From assembly GCA_965218425.1 (NCBI GenBank), contig OZ244621.1:2336001-2400000 (forward strand): a DNA stretch of 64,000 nt, given 5' to 3'. Shown here one piece after another: positions 9,910 to 20,315 of this stretch. Positions within the stretch are counted from its first letter, which is position 1; every line of letters begins with the position of its first letter. The position numbers and the translations under genes were made by a program. The DNA comes from an uncultured Candidatus Binatia bacterium (GTDB lineage: Bacteria > Desulfobacterota > Binatia > UBA9968 > CAXXLF01). The notes beneath the pieces were generated by a model, which saw nothing but the letters and a program-made list of their open reading frames with translations, was not told where the DNA came from and ran no database searches.

Positions 9910-10452
9910 GTGGACGACGTTCAAAAGATCCTTGTGCCTGTTGATTTTTCGAGTGAATCAGCCGATTCACTCAAGGCCGCAAGCTCGTTGGCGAGGAAGA
10001 TGGGGGCGGAAATTACGGTTTTGCACGTACTGGACAGGGGAGGGCGGGAATTAAGAAACGCCGCAAGGGAATACCTTTCTTCCGATCGGGAGTTCTCTGT
10101 CCCTTATCTCGGCCCTCCATTGTTTTCTCAGGATCGTTGGCGGCGGGAGAAGTCTTCGGATTTGGACGAATTTATTCGGACGACCTTGGGAGAGCATAGC
10201 GAAGTGACGATTCGCAGTAGGATTGAGATTGGAAACCCCGTGAACACCATCCTGCGGGTTGCTGGAGAAGAACGAATGGATCTCATGGTGGTTGCGAAAA
10301 AATGGACCTCCTTAATTTTTCACGTCACCAGCCGGAGCATTCTGCTGAAGTTTGCATTGAAATCGTGTTGCCCTGTGCTTCTCGTCGGTTCAGCGTCAAA
10401 CAATGATGCAAAGTGTTCCCTGTTTAGAAGTTTCCTCCTAAGGTATGGTTAG
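9910..10452 (+). CDS. Universal stress protein (UspA family)
   Basis: QKILVPVDFSSES, AEITVLHV, IEIGNPVNTILRVA, DLMVV, CPVLLV; GGGAG RBS. Confidence 0.88.
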   Translation: MDDVQKILVPVDFSSESADSLKAASSLARKMGAEITVLHVLDRGGRELRNAAREYLSSDREFSVPYLGPPLFSQDRWRREKSSDLDEFIRTTLGEHSEVTIRSRIEIGNPVNTILRVAGEERMDLMVVAKKWTSLIFHVTSRSILLKFALKSCCPVLLVGSASNNDAKCSLFRSFLLRYG

Positions 10453-10527
10453 AAGCGGCTACCTTTAACAGTTATTCTGGCGAATTGCGTGTTACTGCGC
10501 GTGGTGAATCTTTGCCAATCTCGAGCG

Positions 10528-11250
10528 TTAGTTGGTGAGGTCGAAGGCTTCTTGCAGCGTGAAAGCGCCGGCGTAAAGGGCCCGGCCGATGATGACCCCC
10601 TCCACCCCGTCTCCTTCGATATCCTTGAGACTTCGAATGTCATCCAGAGACGCTACACCCCCCGATGCAATGACAGGGATTTTTATCGCACCAGCAAGAC
10701 GTCGTGTCTCCTTGATGCCGACTCCAGATTGGGTGCCGTCGCGGGTGATTTCGGTGTAAATGATCCGTGCGGCGCCGTCCTCCTCGCACCGCATCGCCAG
10801 TTCCACTGCATCCATGGAGGTATTCTCGAGCCAACCTTTGAGTGCCACTCTGCCCTGTCTCGCATCGATCCCCACGATGACCTTACCCGGCCACTTCTTG
10901 CAGACAGATCGAAGCAGGTCACGGTTTTCATAGGCTGCGGTACCCACAACCACCCGGTGGACACCGGTGGTTAAGGCTTCTTCCATGGCCTTCATGGATC
11001 TCAGCCCTCCACCGAGCTCCACCGAAACATTGAGCGCCGTACAGATGGCGGCCACCTCTTTCTTGTGTACGGGACGGCCTTGCACTGCACCGTTCAAGTC
11101 CACCACATGGAGAAGAGTTGCCCCTTGCTGGGCCCAGTGCCTTGCCGCTTCGAGGGGACTTTCGTAATAAACGGTTTCTTTTTCCATGTCCCCCTGGTAC
11201 AGGCGCACACACCGACCGTCCTTGAGGTCAATAGCGGGAATGATCAGCAT
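10528..11250 (-). CDS. hisA: ProFAR isomerase
   Basis: [44 protein letters not shown]. Confidence 0.97.
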   Translation of the reverse strand: MLIIPAIDLKDGRCVRLYQGDMEKETVYYESPLEAARHWAQQGATLLHVVDLNGAVQGRPVHKKEVAAICTALNVSVELGGGLRSMKAMEEALTTGVHRVVVGTAAYENRDLLRSVCKKWPGKVIVGIDARQGRVALKGWLENTSMDAVELAMRCEEDGAARIIYTEITRDGTQSGVGIKETRRLAGAIKIPVIASGGVASLDDIRSLKDIEGDGVEGVIIGRALYAGAFTLQEAFDLTN

Positions 11251-11253
11251 GGG

Positions 11254-11871
11254 CTAGTCCTTTTCTGCGAAACGAGCAAAATTTGAAAGAATACGGAGCC
11301 CCACGGACTGGCTCTTTTCCGGGTGAAATTGGCAGGCGAAGAGATGGTCCGTGGCGATACTGGAGGCGAAGCTCGACCCGTAGGGTGTGGTGGTGGCGAT
11401 GATGGATGATTCATCGGGCACGACGTAGTAGGAGTGAACGAAATAGACAAAGTCGCCGTTTGGGATCCCATCCAGAAAGGGCGACTCCTTCTGTTTTTCG
11501 ATGGAGTTCCATCCCATGTGAGGAACCTTTTGTTGTTCACTGGAGCGAAAACCCACCACCTTGCCGGGAAACAGGTCCAGGCCTTTTTGGCGTCCAAATT
11601 CTTCGCTCTCACTGAAAAGAAGTTGAAATCCGAGACAGATTCCCAGGAACGGTTTTTTCTGTCGCACATATTCCTGGACTGCTTCCACCAACTCAAATCG
11701 CCTTAGGTTCTCCATACAGGCATTGAAAGCGCCCACTCCGGGCAGGACCACTCCCCGGGCGGACGCGATCCGTTGAAGGTCACGGGTTACTTCCGCTTGG
11801 AATCCCACATGCTCGAAACCCTTTTGGACGCTACGGAGGTTTCCCATGCCATAATCAATGATGGCAATCAT
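11254..11871 (-). CDS. hisH: Imidazole glycerol phosphate synthase glutaminase subunit
   Basis: [32 protein letters not shown]. Confidence 0.97.
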   Translation of the reverse strand: MIAIIDYGMGNLRSVQKGFEHVGFQAEVTRDLQRIASARGVVLPGVGAFNACMENLRRFELVEAVQEYVRQKKPFLGICLGFQLLFSESEEFGRQKGLDLFPGKVVGFRSSEQQKVPHMGWNSIEKQKESPFLDGIPNGDFVYFVHSYYVVPDESSIIATTTPYGSSFASSIATDHLFACQFHPEKSQSVGLRILSNFARFAEKD

Positions 11872-12455
11872 AAGCTTCCTTTGGTGGATGGGACTCCTTT
11901 GATGCGTGGATCCAACCGAGTGGCTCCTTCCATGGCGCGGGCAAAGGCCTTGAAGCTTGCCTCAATGATGTGGTGCGGATTTTCCCCCTGGAGCATGTGA
12001 ATGTGAAGGTTCATTCCAAGCTGATTGGCGAAGGCTTGAAAGAATTCATGGGGTAGATCGGTATCGAAATTGCCCACCCGCCCCGGCCGGATTTTGACGT
12101 TGTAGGCCAGGTAAGGCCTTCCGCTGAGATCCACCACAACCCGGGCAAGGGCTTCGTCCAAGGGAACACTCGATTCTCCGAAGCGACGGATTCCTTGTTT
12201 GTCCCCCAAGGCTTCCTTGAAGGCCTGGCCTAGGGCTAACCCCACGTCTTCCACTGTGTGGTGAAGGTCCACCTCAAGGTCCCCTTGGGCCTTTAGCCGT
12301 ATGTCGAACAGACCGTGACGGGCAAAAATTTCAAGCATATGATTGAGAAATGGGATCCCGGTTTCCACCTGTGAGTTGCCGTTGCCGTCCAAATCGAGTT
12401 GCACTGAGATTTGCGTCTCTTTTGTATTTCGTTCTACCTTACCTGCTCGTGCCAT
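11868..12455 (-). CDS. hisB: Imidazoleglycerol-phosphate dehydratase
   Basis: [42 protein letters not shown]. Confidence 0.97.
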   Translation of the reverse strand: MARAGKVERNTKETQISVQLDLDGNGNSQVETGIPFLNHMLEIFARHGLFDIRLKAQGDLEVDLHHTVEDVGLALGQAFKEALGDKQGIRRFGESSVPLDEALARVVVDLSGRPYLAYNVKIRPGRVGNFDTDLPHEFFQAFANQLGMNLHIHMLQGENPHHIIEASFKAFARAMEGATRLDPRIKGVPSTKGSL

Positions 12456-12474
12456 AACGGCTCTCCTTCTTTAC

Positions 12475-12656
12475 AGACCGCTGAAAAAAGCCCATCTGCC
12501 GCCGGCCTGCGCTAAGCAGGCGTCTAGGATAGTCGCGCTCGATTGCCGCGGAAATCATTTCCGCTCTCGTCGGAGTCGCTCTAACGTGCTGCCTGAGTAC
12601 GCCTGCGCTCGTCAACTCCTCGCGCGCCTCGCACCTGAGACCTTTTTGACCGGCTT
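12475..12656. mobile_element. MITE-like palindromic insertion between hisD and hisB
   Basis: About 180 bp non-coding element with imperfect terminal inverted repeats (AGACCGCTGAAAAAAGCCC / GACCTTTTTGACCGGCTT) and internal hairpins. Confidence 0.5.
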
Positions 12657-12677
12657 GGGAACAGAAATTCGATATCC

Positions 12678-13964
12678 TCACTTAACCCGCAGTGCAACCG
12701 CTCGGGCATGCTCATCCAATCCCTCGAGTCGTGCCAGTCTGACGATCCAAGGTGCCAATGATGTAAGGCCCCTCCTGTTTGATTGTATAAAGCTTGTCCG
12801 CTTGACGAAATCATAGGTGCCAAGGGGTGAGAAAAATCGTGCACGTCCTCCCGTGGGGAGCACGTGGTTTGGCCCTGCCACGTAGTCTCCTAGTGGGGGA
12901 GTCGTGTAGGGGCCGACGAATAGAGCTCCAGCGTTACGGATGGAACCGGCCCACCGCCTTGCGTTTTTCGCAATCACCTCCACATGCTCTGGGGCAATGG
13001 CGTTGACGAGGTCCACCCCTTCGGTGGGACCTCTTGTAATTATGATTGCACCGAATCGCTCCAGGGCTTTAATGGTGATTGCCTTCCGCTTTGTTTCCTT
13101 CAGTTGTTTTTCCAGTGCCGCCTTTACCTTTAGACCCATGGCGCGGGAGGGGGTAACGCACAGGGCCGCGGCCATTTCATCATGCTCAGCCTGGGAAAGC
13201 ATGTCTGCGGCTACATAGCCTGGGTCTGCGCTGGAGTCCACCAGGAGGAGAACCTCGCTGGGACCGGCAATGGAGTCGATACCCACCTGTCCGAAGACCA
13301 GGCGTTTGGCCGTTGCCACGTAGATATTTCCCGGCCCGACAATCTTATCTACTCTTGGGATCGTCTCGGTGCCGTAGGCCATGGCCGCGACGGCCTGGGC
13401 TCCCCCAACGCGAAAGACTCGGTCCACCTTGGCGACCCGAGCTGCAGCCAGAATGGGAACTTCACTGATCCCTAAGGGAGAGGTCATGACCACTTCTTTG
13501 ACTCCCGCCACCTTTGCGGGAATGACGTTCATGAGCACCGATGACGGATAACAGGCCTTTCCACCGGGGACATAGACGCCGGCGCGCTCCAGTGGGTTCA
13601 GGTTTTGCCCTAGGACGATACCCAGGGGGTCTCGATAACGCCAACTCTTTTCCAATTGGTGGCGGTGATAGCGTTCAATCCGGCGTGCCGCAAAGCGCAA
13701 TGCCCGGAGGTCGTCTCTGGAAATACGTTTAACGGCTTCGTCCATCTCTCGTGGCTTAACCTCGATTTGGTTGCGCTTCAGGCTCAAACCATCAAAGAGA
13801 CGTGCATAGCGAGTCAGGGCAAGGTCGCCGTTTCGACGTACCGTCCGAATAATACTTTTTACCGGGCCTTCGAACTTTTCCTCCTTTTCGTCTCTTCTCC
13901 GGATAATGCCTTCGAGGGCTCTTTTAAACTCTGAGCTTTTGGTTTCAATAAATGCAATGTTCAC
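12678..13964 (-). CDS. hisD: Histidinol dehydrogenase
   Basis: [48 protein letters not shown]. Confidence 0.97.
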   Translation of the reverse strand: MNIAFIETKSSEFKRALEGIIRRRDEKEEKFEGPVKSIIRTVRRNGDLALTRYARLFDGLSLKRNQIEVKPREMDEAVKRISRDDLRALRFAARRIERYHRHQLEKSWRYRDPLGIVLGQNLNPLERAGVYVPGGKACYPSSVLMNVIPAKVAGVKEVVMTSPLGISEVPILAAARVAKVDRVFRVGGAQAVAAMAYGTETIPRVDKIVGPGNIYVATAKRLVFGQVGIDSIAGPSEVLLLVDSSADPGYVAADMLSQAEHDEMAAALCVTPSRAMGLKVKAALEKQLKETKRKAITIKALERFGAIIITRGPTEGVDLVNAIAPEHVEVIAKNARRWAGSIRNAGALFVGPYTTPPLGDYVAGPNHVLPTGGRARFFSPLGTYDFVKRTSFIQSNRRGLTSLAPWIVRLARLEGLDEHARAVALRVK

Positions 13965-15217
13965 CGTTTCAACCTTTGAATGTCTGCGCCGAGCCAGGAG
14001 AATTTCCGTTCAATATTTTCATAGCCTCGGTCTAAATGATAGACCCTGGAAACTTCCGTTGATCCCTCGGCTTTGAGAGCCGCCAGGACTAAGGAGGCGC
14101 TGGCCCGTAGATCAGTTGCCATGACCGGCGCCCCCGAGAGACTCTCCACGCCTTTGATGATAGCGCGGCTCCCTTCAAGTCGAATGTTTGCGCCCATTCG
14201 ATTCAATTCCTGCACGTGCATAAAGCGATTTTCAAAAACGTTCTCGGTGATCACACTGACCCCGTCCGCCACGCTCGTCAATACCATCATCTGTGCCTGC
14301 AGGTCTGTGGGAAAACCTGGATAGGGCAGGGTGGTGATGTCCACACTCCTTGGCCTACTGCACCCTTTGACCCGCACCCCGTCTTCCTCAATATAGATGG
14401 CGGCTCCCGCCTCTCTAAGCTTCACGAGAAAGGCTTCCAGGTGATTGGACGGTGCCCCTTGTACCCTGACGTCGCCGCCGGTCAGCGCAGCGGCCACCAT
14501 GAAGGTCCCTGCTTCAATGCGGTCCGGCATTAACCTGTGGGAGACGGCACCGAGGCGGTCCACCCCCTCGATGGTTAAGGTATTAGTTCCTGCACCGCTG
14601 ATCCGTGCCCCCATTTGGTTTAGAACCGTGGCCAGCTCAGCGATCTCAGGCTCCTCCGCAGCGTTCTCGATCACAGTTTTTCCCTGTGCCAGAGTCGCTG
14701 CCATCATTAGGTTCTCTGTGGCACCCACAGAAGGGAGGTCCAGATAAATGGTGGCCCCATGGAGCCGTGTGGCTTTGGCCTCCACATAGCCGTGAACCAG
14801 GTCAATCTGGGCTCCCATCTGCGCCAGACCTTTGAGATGAAGGTTGACCGGTCGAGGGCCGATGGCGCATCCCCCCGGTGTGGAAACATGAGCGATACCA
14901 AATCTTCCCAGGAGGGGTCCAAGGACCAGGATGGACGCCCTCATGGTTTTTACCAGGTCATAATCGGCTTTTGAGCTTGTGATGGCCTCTGCCTGGAGGG
15001 TCAATTGGCCGAGGCCGGCGCTTTCGATCTTTACTCCGAGCCCGGTGAGCAGCTTCGAGGTGGTATAAATATCCCTGAGGTCAGGGATCCCTTGATAAAA
15101 ACAAGGTTCCGCGGTGAGTAGCGAAGATATCAGGATCGGCAGGGCCGCGTTTTTTGATCCGCTGACCGCCACATCGCCCTCGAGCCTCCGGCCCCCCCGA
15201 ACCAGGATGATGTCCAC
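13961..15217 (-). CDS. murA: UDP-N-acetylglucosamine 1-carboxyvinyltransferase
   Basis: [44 protein letters not shown]. Confidence 0.97.
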   Translation of the reverse strand: MDIILVRGGRRLEGDVAVSGSKNAALPILISSLLTAEPCFYQGIPDLRDIYTTSKLLTGLGVKIESAGLGQLTLQAEAITSSKADYDLVKTMRASILVLGPLLGRFGIAHVSTPGGCAIGPRPVNLHLKGLAQMGAQIDLVHGYVEAKATRLHGATIYLDLPSVGATENLMMAATLAQGKTVIENAAEEPEIAELATVLNQMGARISGAGTNTLTIEGVDRLGAVSHRLMPDRIEAGTFMVAAALTGGDVRVQGAPSNHLEAFLVKLREAGAAIYIEEDGVRVKGCSRPRSVDITTLPYPGFPTDLQAQMMVLTSVADGVSVITENVFENRFMHVQELNRMGANIRLEGSRAIIKGVESLSGAPVMATDLRASASLVLAALKAEGSTEVSRVYHLDRGYENIERKFSWLGADIQRLKR

Positions 15218-15241
15218 TTGGTATTACCCTTTCTATGAAGT

Positions 15242-16183
15242 TTACCGAGAAGAATGTTTCCTTAGCGCAGAGATTACTCGTTCCTTGCCAGCCGGCTCCC
15301 CATGAAGAGAAATTTCCGAGTATTCACTCGCGGTTTCAACCAGTGAGCGAAGCGCTTTTCCCATTGTGAATCCCATCTCCAGTGCCAGAAAACCCGGGCT
15401 TTTGAGATAGAGGTAAGCCTGTGGAATGATCCGCCGGTAGAAGTCCAGTCCCTGTGGGCCGGCGTCCAATGCGAGCCTGGGTTCCCATTGGACTTCCTGC
15501 GGCAGGTTGTCCATTTCCCTCTGACTTACGTAGGGGGGATTGGATACGATCCCGTGGAAAAACTCCCTCTTTTTCTCTAAAGGTTCAAACAGGTCTCCAT
15601 GGATAAAGTGGATTCGCTCCCGCACTCCGTGCTGCCCAGCGTTGGACTGTGCGATTGCGAGGGCCTCTGGGGAAATGTCGGTTGCCCAGATCTCCACGTC
15701 GCTTCTCTCCTTGGCCAAACTCACTGAGATGCTTCCGCACCCCGTGCCGAGATCGAGGATGCGAAAATTCGGCTTTGATCCGGAAGGTTCAATATCCCCT
15801 TCGATTCTTGCCAGCTGGCTCAGGGTTTCCTCCACAAGGAGCTCCGTCTCAGGCCGTGGCACCAGCACGGCAGGGGTTAAGGTAAACTCGAGAGACCAAA
15901 ACTCCCGGTGCCCTAGGATGTATGCCATGGGCTCCCACCGGGCGCGTCGCTGGAGGAGTGAGCCATAGGAGGCGTAATGGGCAGAGTCTAGGGTTCTTTC
16001 GTAGTTGACGTAGAGCTGCTCCCTTTCCAATTCCAACGCCTTGCCAAGGAGCAGTTCCGCGTCCAGGCGCGCACTCTCCATTCCCAGTCGGGAAAGAAAC
16101 CTTGTTCCATCCGCCAAGGCCTGCGCTGTGGTCACGTTTCCAGAGTGAGACTTCCCACCAATTTGAAAATCTAAAACGTTCAT
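15242..16183 (-). CDS. prmC: Release factor glutamine methyltransferase
   Basis: EPMAYILG, VLVPRPETE, LDLGTGCG, VSNPPY; follows prfA. Confidence 0.95.
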   Translation of the reverse strand: MNVLDFQIGGKSHSGNVTTAQALADGTRFLSRLGMESARLDAELLLGKALELEREQLYVNYERTLDSAHYASYGSLLQRRARWEPMAYILGHREFWSLEFTLTPAVLVPRPETELLVEETLSQLARIEGDIEPSGSKPNFRILDLGTGCGSISVSLAKERSDVEIWATDISPEALAIAQSNAGQHGVRERIHFIHGDLFEPLEKKREFFHGIVSNPPYVSQREMDNLPQEVQWEPRLALDAGPQGLDFYRRIIPQAYLYLKSPGFLALEMGFTMGKALRSLVETASEYSEISLHGEPAGKERVISALRKHSSR

Positions 16184-16257
16184 GGCTATTAGAGGTGATC
16201 CAATCCTCGACGAAACTACTTCAAGAAACTTTATTCATGCCTAGATGCCTGCAAGTT

Positions 16258-16358
16258 AAATTCCTAAATCCGAAGCACGAAGTCTTAAACAATTTTGTTT
16301 CGAATTTCGGATTTCGAGTTTCGAATTTTACTTGGCGTCCTTTGCGTCTTTGCGCGAG
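16258..16358. repeat. 7-nt and 9-nt periodic intergenic repeats
   Basis: 16258-16294 matches the reverse complement of 25834-25870 (33/37); TTTCG heptamer array; 16331-16358 identical to 8581-8608. Confidence 0.7.
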
Positions 16359-16397
16359 GCATTTTTTCCATAAATCCAAATATCGTTTTTTGGTGTT

Positions 16398-17462
16398 TTA
16401 GCCGGTGGCCTGTAGCGCTTCGGCCTGGTAATGAGTGACGAGGGCATCCACCAAAGCCTTGAGATTGCCGTCCATGACCTGTTCCAACTTGTATAGCGTA
16501 AAGTTAATCCGATGATCGGTGACCCTTCCCTGGGGAAAGTTGTAGGTTCGAATTCGCTCGCTGCGATCTCCGCTTCCTACCATGAGTTTTCTTGTTGCGG
16601 CAATTTCTGAGCGTTGCTCCTCTTGTTTTCGTTCCAATAGACGTGCCCGTAGGATCTTAAGACCCTTGGATTTGTTTTTATGCTGGGACTTCTCGTCTTG
16701 ACAGGTAACCACGAGACCCGTGGGCAGATGAGTGATCCTGACCGCGGAGTCTGTGGTGTTGACGCTCTGTCCACCGGGACCCGAAGAGCGGTACACATCC
16801 ACTCGGAGTTCCTTGGGATCGATCCCCACTTCCACTTCGTCCGCCTCGGGAAGAACTGCCACTGTCACGGCAGAGGTATGGATGCGCCCTGAGGCCTCTG
16901 TAACCGGCACCCGCTGGACCCGGTGGACTCCCCCCTCGAACTTTAGCTGGCTATAAACTCCTTGCCCTTCGATGAGAGCGATGATCTCCTTAAATCCACC
17001 GAGACCCGTAGGGTTCGAGTTCATGATTTCGACTTTCCATCCACGGGATTCGGCATAGCGGGTGTACATACGAAAGAGCGATGCCGCAAAGAGCGAGGCC
17101 TCCTCACCCCCGCTCCCAGCCCGGATCTCGAGAAGGACGCTCTTGCTATCATTGGGGTCCTTGGGAAGCAAAAGGAGCTTGAGCCGGTTCTCCAGGTTTT
17201 GTTTCTCTTCTTGAAGGGCCACCAACTCTTCCTTGGCCAGATCCCTGAGGGCCTCGTCCTTTTCATTGAGCAGTTCCCGATTGTCCTCGATCTCTTTTTC
17301 TACTTTTCTCCATTGGCGATAACAGGTTACCACCTCTTCCAAATCGGAACGCTCCTTGGCCACCTTGGAGTATTCTCGTTGGTTGCTCAAGAGTTGGGGG
17401 TCGGCCAAGAGACGGTCCAACTCTCCGTATCGTTTTTCCACTTCAGCCAGTTTGTCCAGCAT
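16398..17462 (-). CDS. prfA: Peptide chain release factor 1
   Basis: [10 protein letters not shown] (PxT), [20 protein letters not shown]. Confidence 0.97.
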   Translation of the reverse strand: MLDKLAEVEKRYGELDRLLADPQLLSNQREYSKVAKERSDLEEVVTCYRQWRKVEKEIEDNRELLNEKDEALRDLAKEELVALQEEKQNLENRLKLLLLPKDPNDSKSVLLEIRAGSGGEEASLFAASLFRMYTRYAESRGWKVEIMNSNPTGLGGFKEIIALIEGQGVYSQLKFEGGVHRVQRVPVTEASGRIHTSAVTVAVLPEADEVEVGIDPKELRVDVYRSSGPGGQSVNTTDSAVRITHLPTGLVVTCQDEKSQHKNKSKGLKILRARLLERKQEEQRSEIAATRKLMVGSGDRSERIRTYNFPQGRVTDHRINFTLYKLEQVMDGNLKALVDALVTHYQAEALQATG

Positions 17463-17500
17463 GGGTTAACCGTTTACCATTGGTTTGGTTGTTGAGAACG

Positions 17501-17537
17501 AAAAAGGGCAAAGGGAAACCGCCTGCCCTTTGCCCTT
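17501..17537 (-). terminator. Intrinsic terminator-like hairpin after rpmE
   Basis: AAGGGCAAAGGG / CCCTTTGCCCTT stem followed by a T-run on the minus strand. Confidence 0.6.
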
Positions 17538-17592
17538 CCTGTGGATTGACCAATTTAGCTGATTACATTCAGGTCCGAGCCCTCAGTTGGGT

Positions 17593-17796
17593 TTAGTTTT
17601 TCAGCCCGTATTTCTTTTTGAACTTCTCAACTCGACCGGCGGCGTCCATGAGCTTTTGCTTCCCTGTAAAGAAAGGGTGGCAGTTTGAGCAGATTTCCAC
17701 GTGGATATTTTCAACTGTCGAATGGGTTTCTATCACGTTTCCACAGGCACAGCTTATGGTCACGGGTTTGTATTCGGGATGGATGCCTTCTTTCAT
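17593..17796 (-). CDS. rpmE: 50S ribosomal protein L31 (Zn-binding type)
   Basis: [34 protein letters not shown]. Confidence 0.97.
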   Translation of the reverse strand: MKEGIHPEYKPVTISCACGNVIETHSTVENIHVEICSNCHPFFTGKQKLMDAAGRVEKFKKKYGLKN

Positions 17797-18011
17797 AATA
17801 ACCCCCAAACTGCCTTTATAGCATGGACCTCCTAACCCTTCAAACTACCCTGGAATCGAGTAGTTGGAATACCTGGCTCAAGGGATCACGGTCTATGGTA
17901 GGGGCGCTCCGTCAGGTGATGATCGAAATGCGAGGGTAGTTGGGGGAGTTAGCGAGGCCGTGGCAGCGTGGTTTGGGGCTCCTTTGCCGGACCCGGGCCT
18001 TGCTTTGGATA

Positions 18012-18185
18012 CTAAGCGCTACTGCCGGTCCCCCGCGTGCGTTTGGTTTTCAGGGACTCGATCCATTGATTTGATTCACGCGCCGCGATCTCGCGGCCAC
18101 GGAGTCCAAGGGCGAGGACTGCCAGGAGCTTGGGCAGATACTGCTCGATCAGGAGAGCAAGCTCATTGAATTGGCCCATATTCAT
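18012..18185 (-). pseudogene. 57-aa ORF, probably an internally deleted conserved-TM-helix (CmpX-like) gene
   Basis: AAGGAG RBS; MNMGQFNELALLIEQYLPKLLAVLALGLRGREIAARESNQWIESLKTKRTRGTGSSA; below the ORF-track cutoff. Confidence 0.45.
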
Positions 18186-18477
18186 GTGGTTATCTCCTTA
18201 TTATCAAGGCGGTGGTTGTCCTTGGTTATCAATGTTCATGTAAATGAACTTGCATTTCAGGTCTTGATGTCCAGAAAATTATTCAGCAAGCATTAGGCCC
18301 TCCAGGGCATGGTCAGAGGGGTGGCTCATCGAAACCTTCTCGTCACACCTATACTCCAAAACCTCCCAATGGCATTGTGCTTCTTGCCAATTGGCTTGAT
18401 TGCCTCTATTATCCAATCGCAACCAGGGGGTTGTCATTGGAGCCTCTGATTGCCTTTCAACTCTGAACTAATAGCCT

Positions 18478-20307
18478 ATGACCCTTCCGCCGCTGCCCGA
18501 TCCCCACGCCATTGCCGTAATGTTTTTGGTATTGCTGGCGTTGACTTTGTTCACACGCGAGCACATCCCTATGGAGTCCTCGAGTCTGTGCGTCCTCGCG
18601 GTATTGACCGTTGGTTTCGAGCTGTTCCCCTACCAGACCCCTAGCGGGACTCTGCATGCGGTGGAGTTCTTCACTGGTTTTGGCCATGAAGCGCTGATTG
18701 CTGTATGTGCGCTTATGATTGCCGGCCAAGGACTGGTGCGCACCGGTGCCCTCGAGCCGGTGGGACGAGCGTTGACGCGCCTGTGGAAATTCAGCCCCGC
18801 GTTGTCGTTGTTGCTCACCCTTGTAGTGGGTGCCGCTCTGAGCGCGTTCGTTAACAATACGCCGGTGGTCGTATTGCTGTTGCCCATTGTGGTGAGCGTT
18901 TCAGTACGCATTGGAACGCCGGCGTCAGGGAGCTTGATGCCCATGGGGCTGGCCACCCTCGTGGGCGGTATGGCCACAACCATCGGTACCTCCACCAACC
19001 TGCTGGTGGTCAGCGTAGCGGCAGACATGGGTATACGTCGTTTCGAGATGTTCGATTTCTTTTTGCCGGTGGCCATCGCGGGTAGTGTGGGCATCGTATA
19101 CCTGTGGTTGATAGCGCCCCGATTACTCCCAAAGCGTGACGCACAATTGCAAGACGGTTCGCCGCATATCTTCACGGCTCAGCTGGTTGTTCAAGAAGGG
19201 AGTTTCGCAGCGGGAAAGATGCTGTCCGAGGTGAGGGAGAAGACCGGCGGCGCACTGCAAGTCGTCCACATCCAACGCCAACCAAAGACTCTCATCATGG
19301 CTCTCCCGGACGCGACCCTGGAGGCGGGCGACCGGTTGCTCGTCAAAGATACGCCGGAGCGTCTCAAGGAATTTGAACAGACCCTTGGGGCCGCGCTGTA
19401 TTCCGGTGACGTGCCGGTGGACGAGGAGCATCCTTTGACGGCGAAAGATCAGCAACTCGCCGAAGTCGTGGTCATTCAGGGTTCACCCCTGGAAGGGCTG
19501 ACCCTTAACACCGCCCGACTTATCGACCGCTATCAGCTGGTAACACTTGCACTGCAGCGGCCTGGAAGGGCCATTGAGGCCATGCGCACCGATCTCAGGG
19601 ACGTGACGTTACGTACGGGCGATATACTGCTGGTTCAAGGTCCGCGTGATAGCATCGCCGAGCTCAAACGGGTCAATGAGTTTCTGGTGCTGGACGCCAC
19701 CACCGACCTCCCGCATACGGTCAAGGCCTCCCTCGCGTTGAGCATCATGGCGGCCATTGTTCTCCTTGCCGCTCTGGGAATCTTACCCATTGCCATCAGT
19801 GCCTCGGTGGGAGTGCTGGTGATGATTTCGACCGGTTGCCTCAATTGGCGTGATGCCACGCGTGCGTTGAGCGCACCGGTGATTATGATCGTGGTTGCCA
19901 GCTTGGCGTTGGGGGTGGCGCTGCTACGCACGGGTGGCGCCGAATATTTGGCCCAGGTGTTTGTGGCTCTGGTAGCTGATATACCTCCCGCTGGAGTGTT
20001 GAGCGGCTTGATCTTGTTAATGGCCGTTCTGACCAATATCGTCTCGAACAACGCCGCGGCAGTGATTGGCACACCTATTGCCATCAGTATGGCAAAGGAG
20101 CTCAATCTTCCCGCTGAAGCCTTCGTGTTGGCCGTGCTCTTTGGCGCCAATATGAGCTACGCGACCCCCATAGCGTACAAGACCAATCTGCTGGTCATGA
20201 GTGCCGGCGGCTACACCTTCACGGATTTCCTACGGGTGGGTGCGCCTCTCACCCTTATCATGTGGGCGGTCTTCTCTTGGTTACTCCCGTTCCTCTACGG
20301 CGTTTGA
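18478..20307 (+). CDS. SLC13/CitMHS-type permease with two TrkA-C (RCK_C) domains
   Basis: LSAFVNNTPVV, TIGTSTNLLV, central soluble repeats (TLEAGDRLLV, TLRTGDILLVQG), LTNIVSNNAAAV, YATPIAYKTNLLV. Confidence 0.9.
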   Translation: MTLPPLPDPHAIAVMFLVLLALTLFTREHIPMESSSLCVLAVLTVGFELFPYQTPSGTLHAVEFFTGFGHEALIAVCALMIAGQGLVRTGALEPVGRALTRLWKFSPALSLLLTLVVGAALSAFVNNTPVVVLLLPIVVSVSVRIGTPASGSLMPMGLATLVGGMATTIGTSTNLLVVSVAADMGIRRFEMFDFFLPVAIAGSVGIVYLWLIAPRLLPKRDAQLQDGSPHIFTAQLVVQEGSFAAGKMLSEVREKTGGALQVVHIQRQPKTLIMALPDATLEAGDRLLVKDTPERLKEFEQTLGAALYSGDVPVDEEHPLTAKDQQLAEVVVIQGSPLEGLTLNTARLIDRYQLVTLALQRPGRAIEAMRTDLRDVTLRTGDILLVQGPRDSIAELKRVNEFLVLDATTDLPHTVKASLALSIMAAIVLLAALGILPIAISASVGVLVMISTGCLNWRDATRALSAPVIMIVVASLALGVALLRTGGAEYLAQVFVALVADIPPAGVLSGLILLMAVLTNIVSNNAAAVIGTPIAISMAKELNLPAEAFVLAVLFGANMSYATPIAYKTNLLVMSAGGYTFTDFLRVGAPLTLIMWAVFSWLLPFLYGV

Positions 20308-20315
20308 TTTTTATA

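Noticed and set aside
17864..18169. Plus-strand 101-aa ORF
   Set aside because: No RBS or motif; overlaps the better supported minus-strand 57-aa ORF
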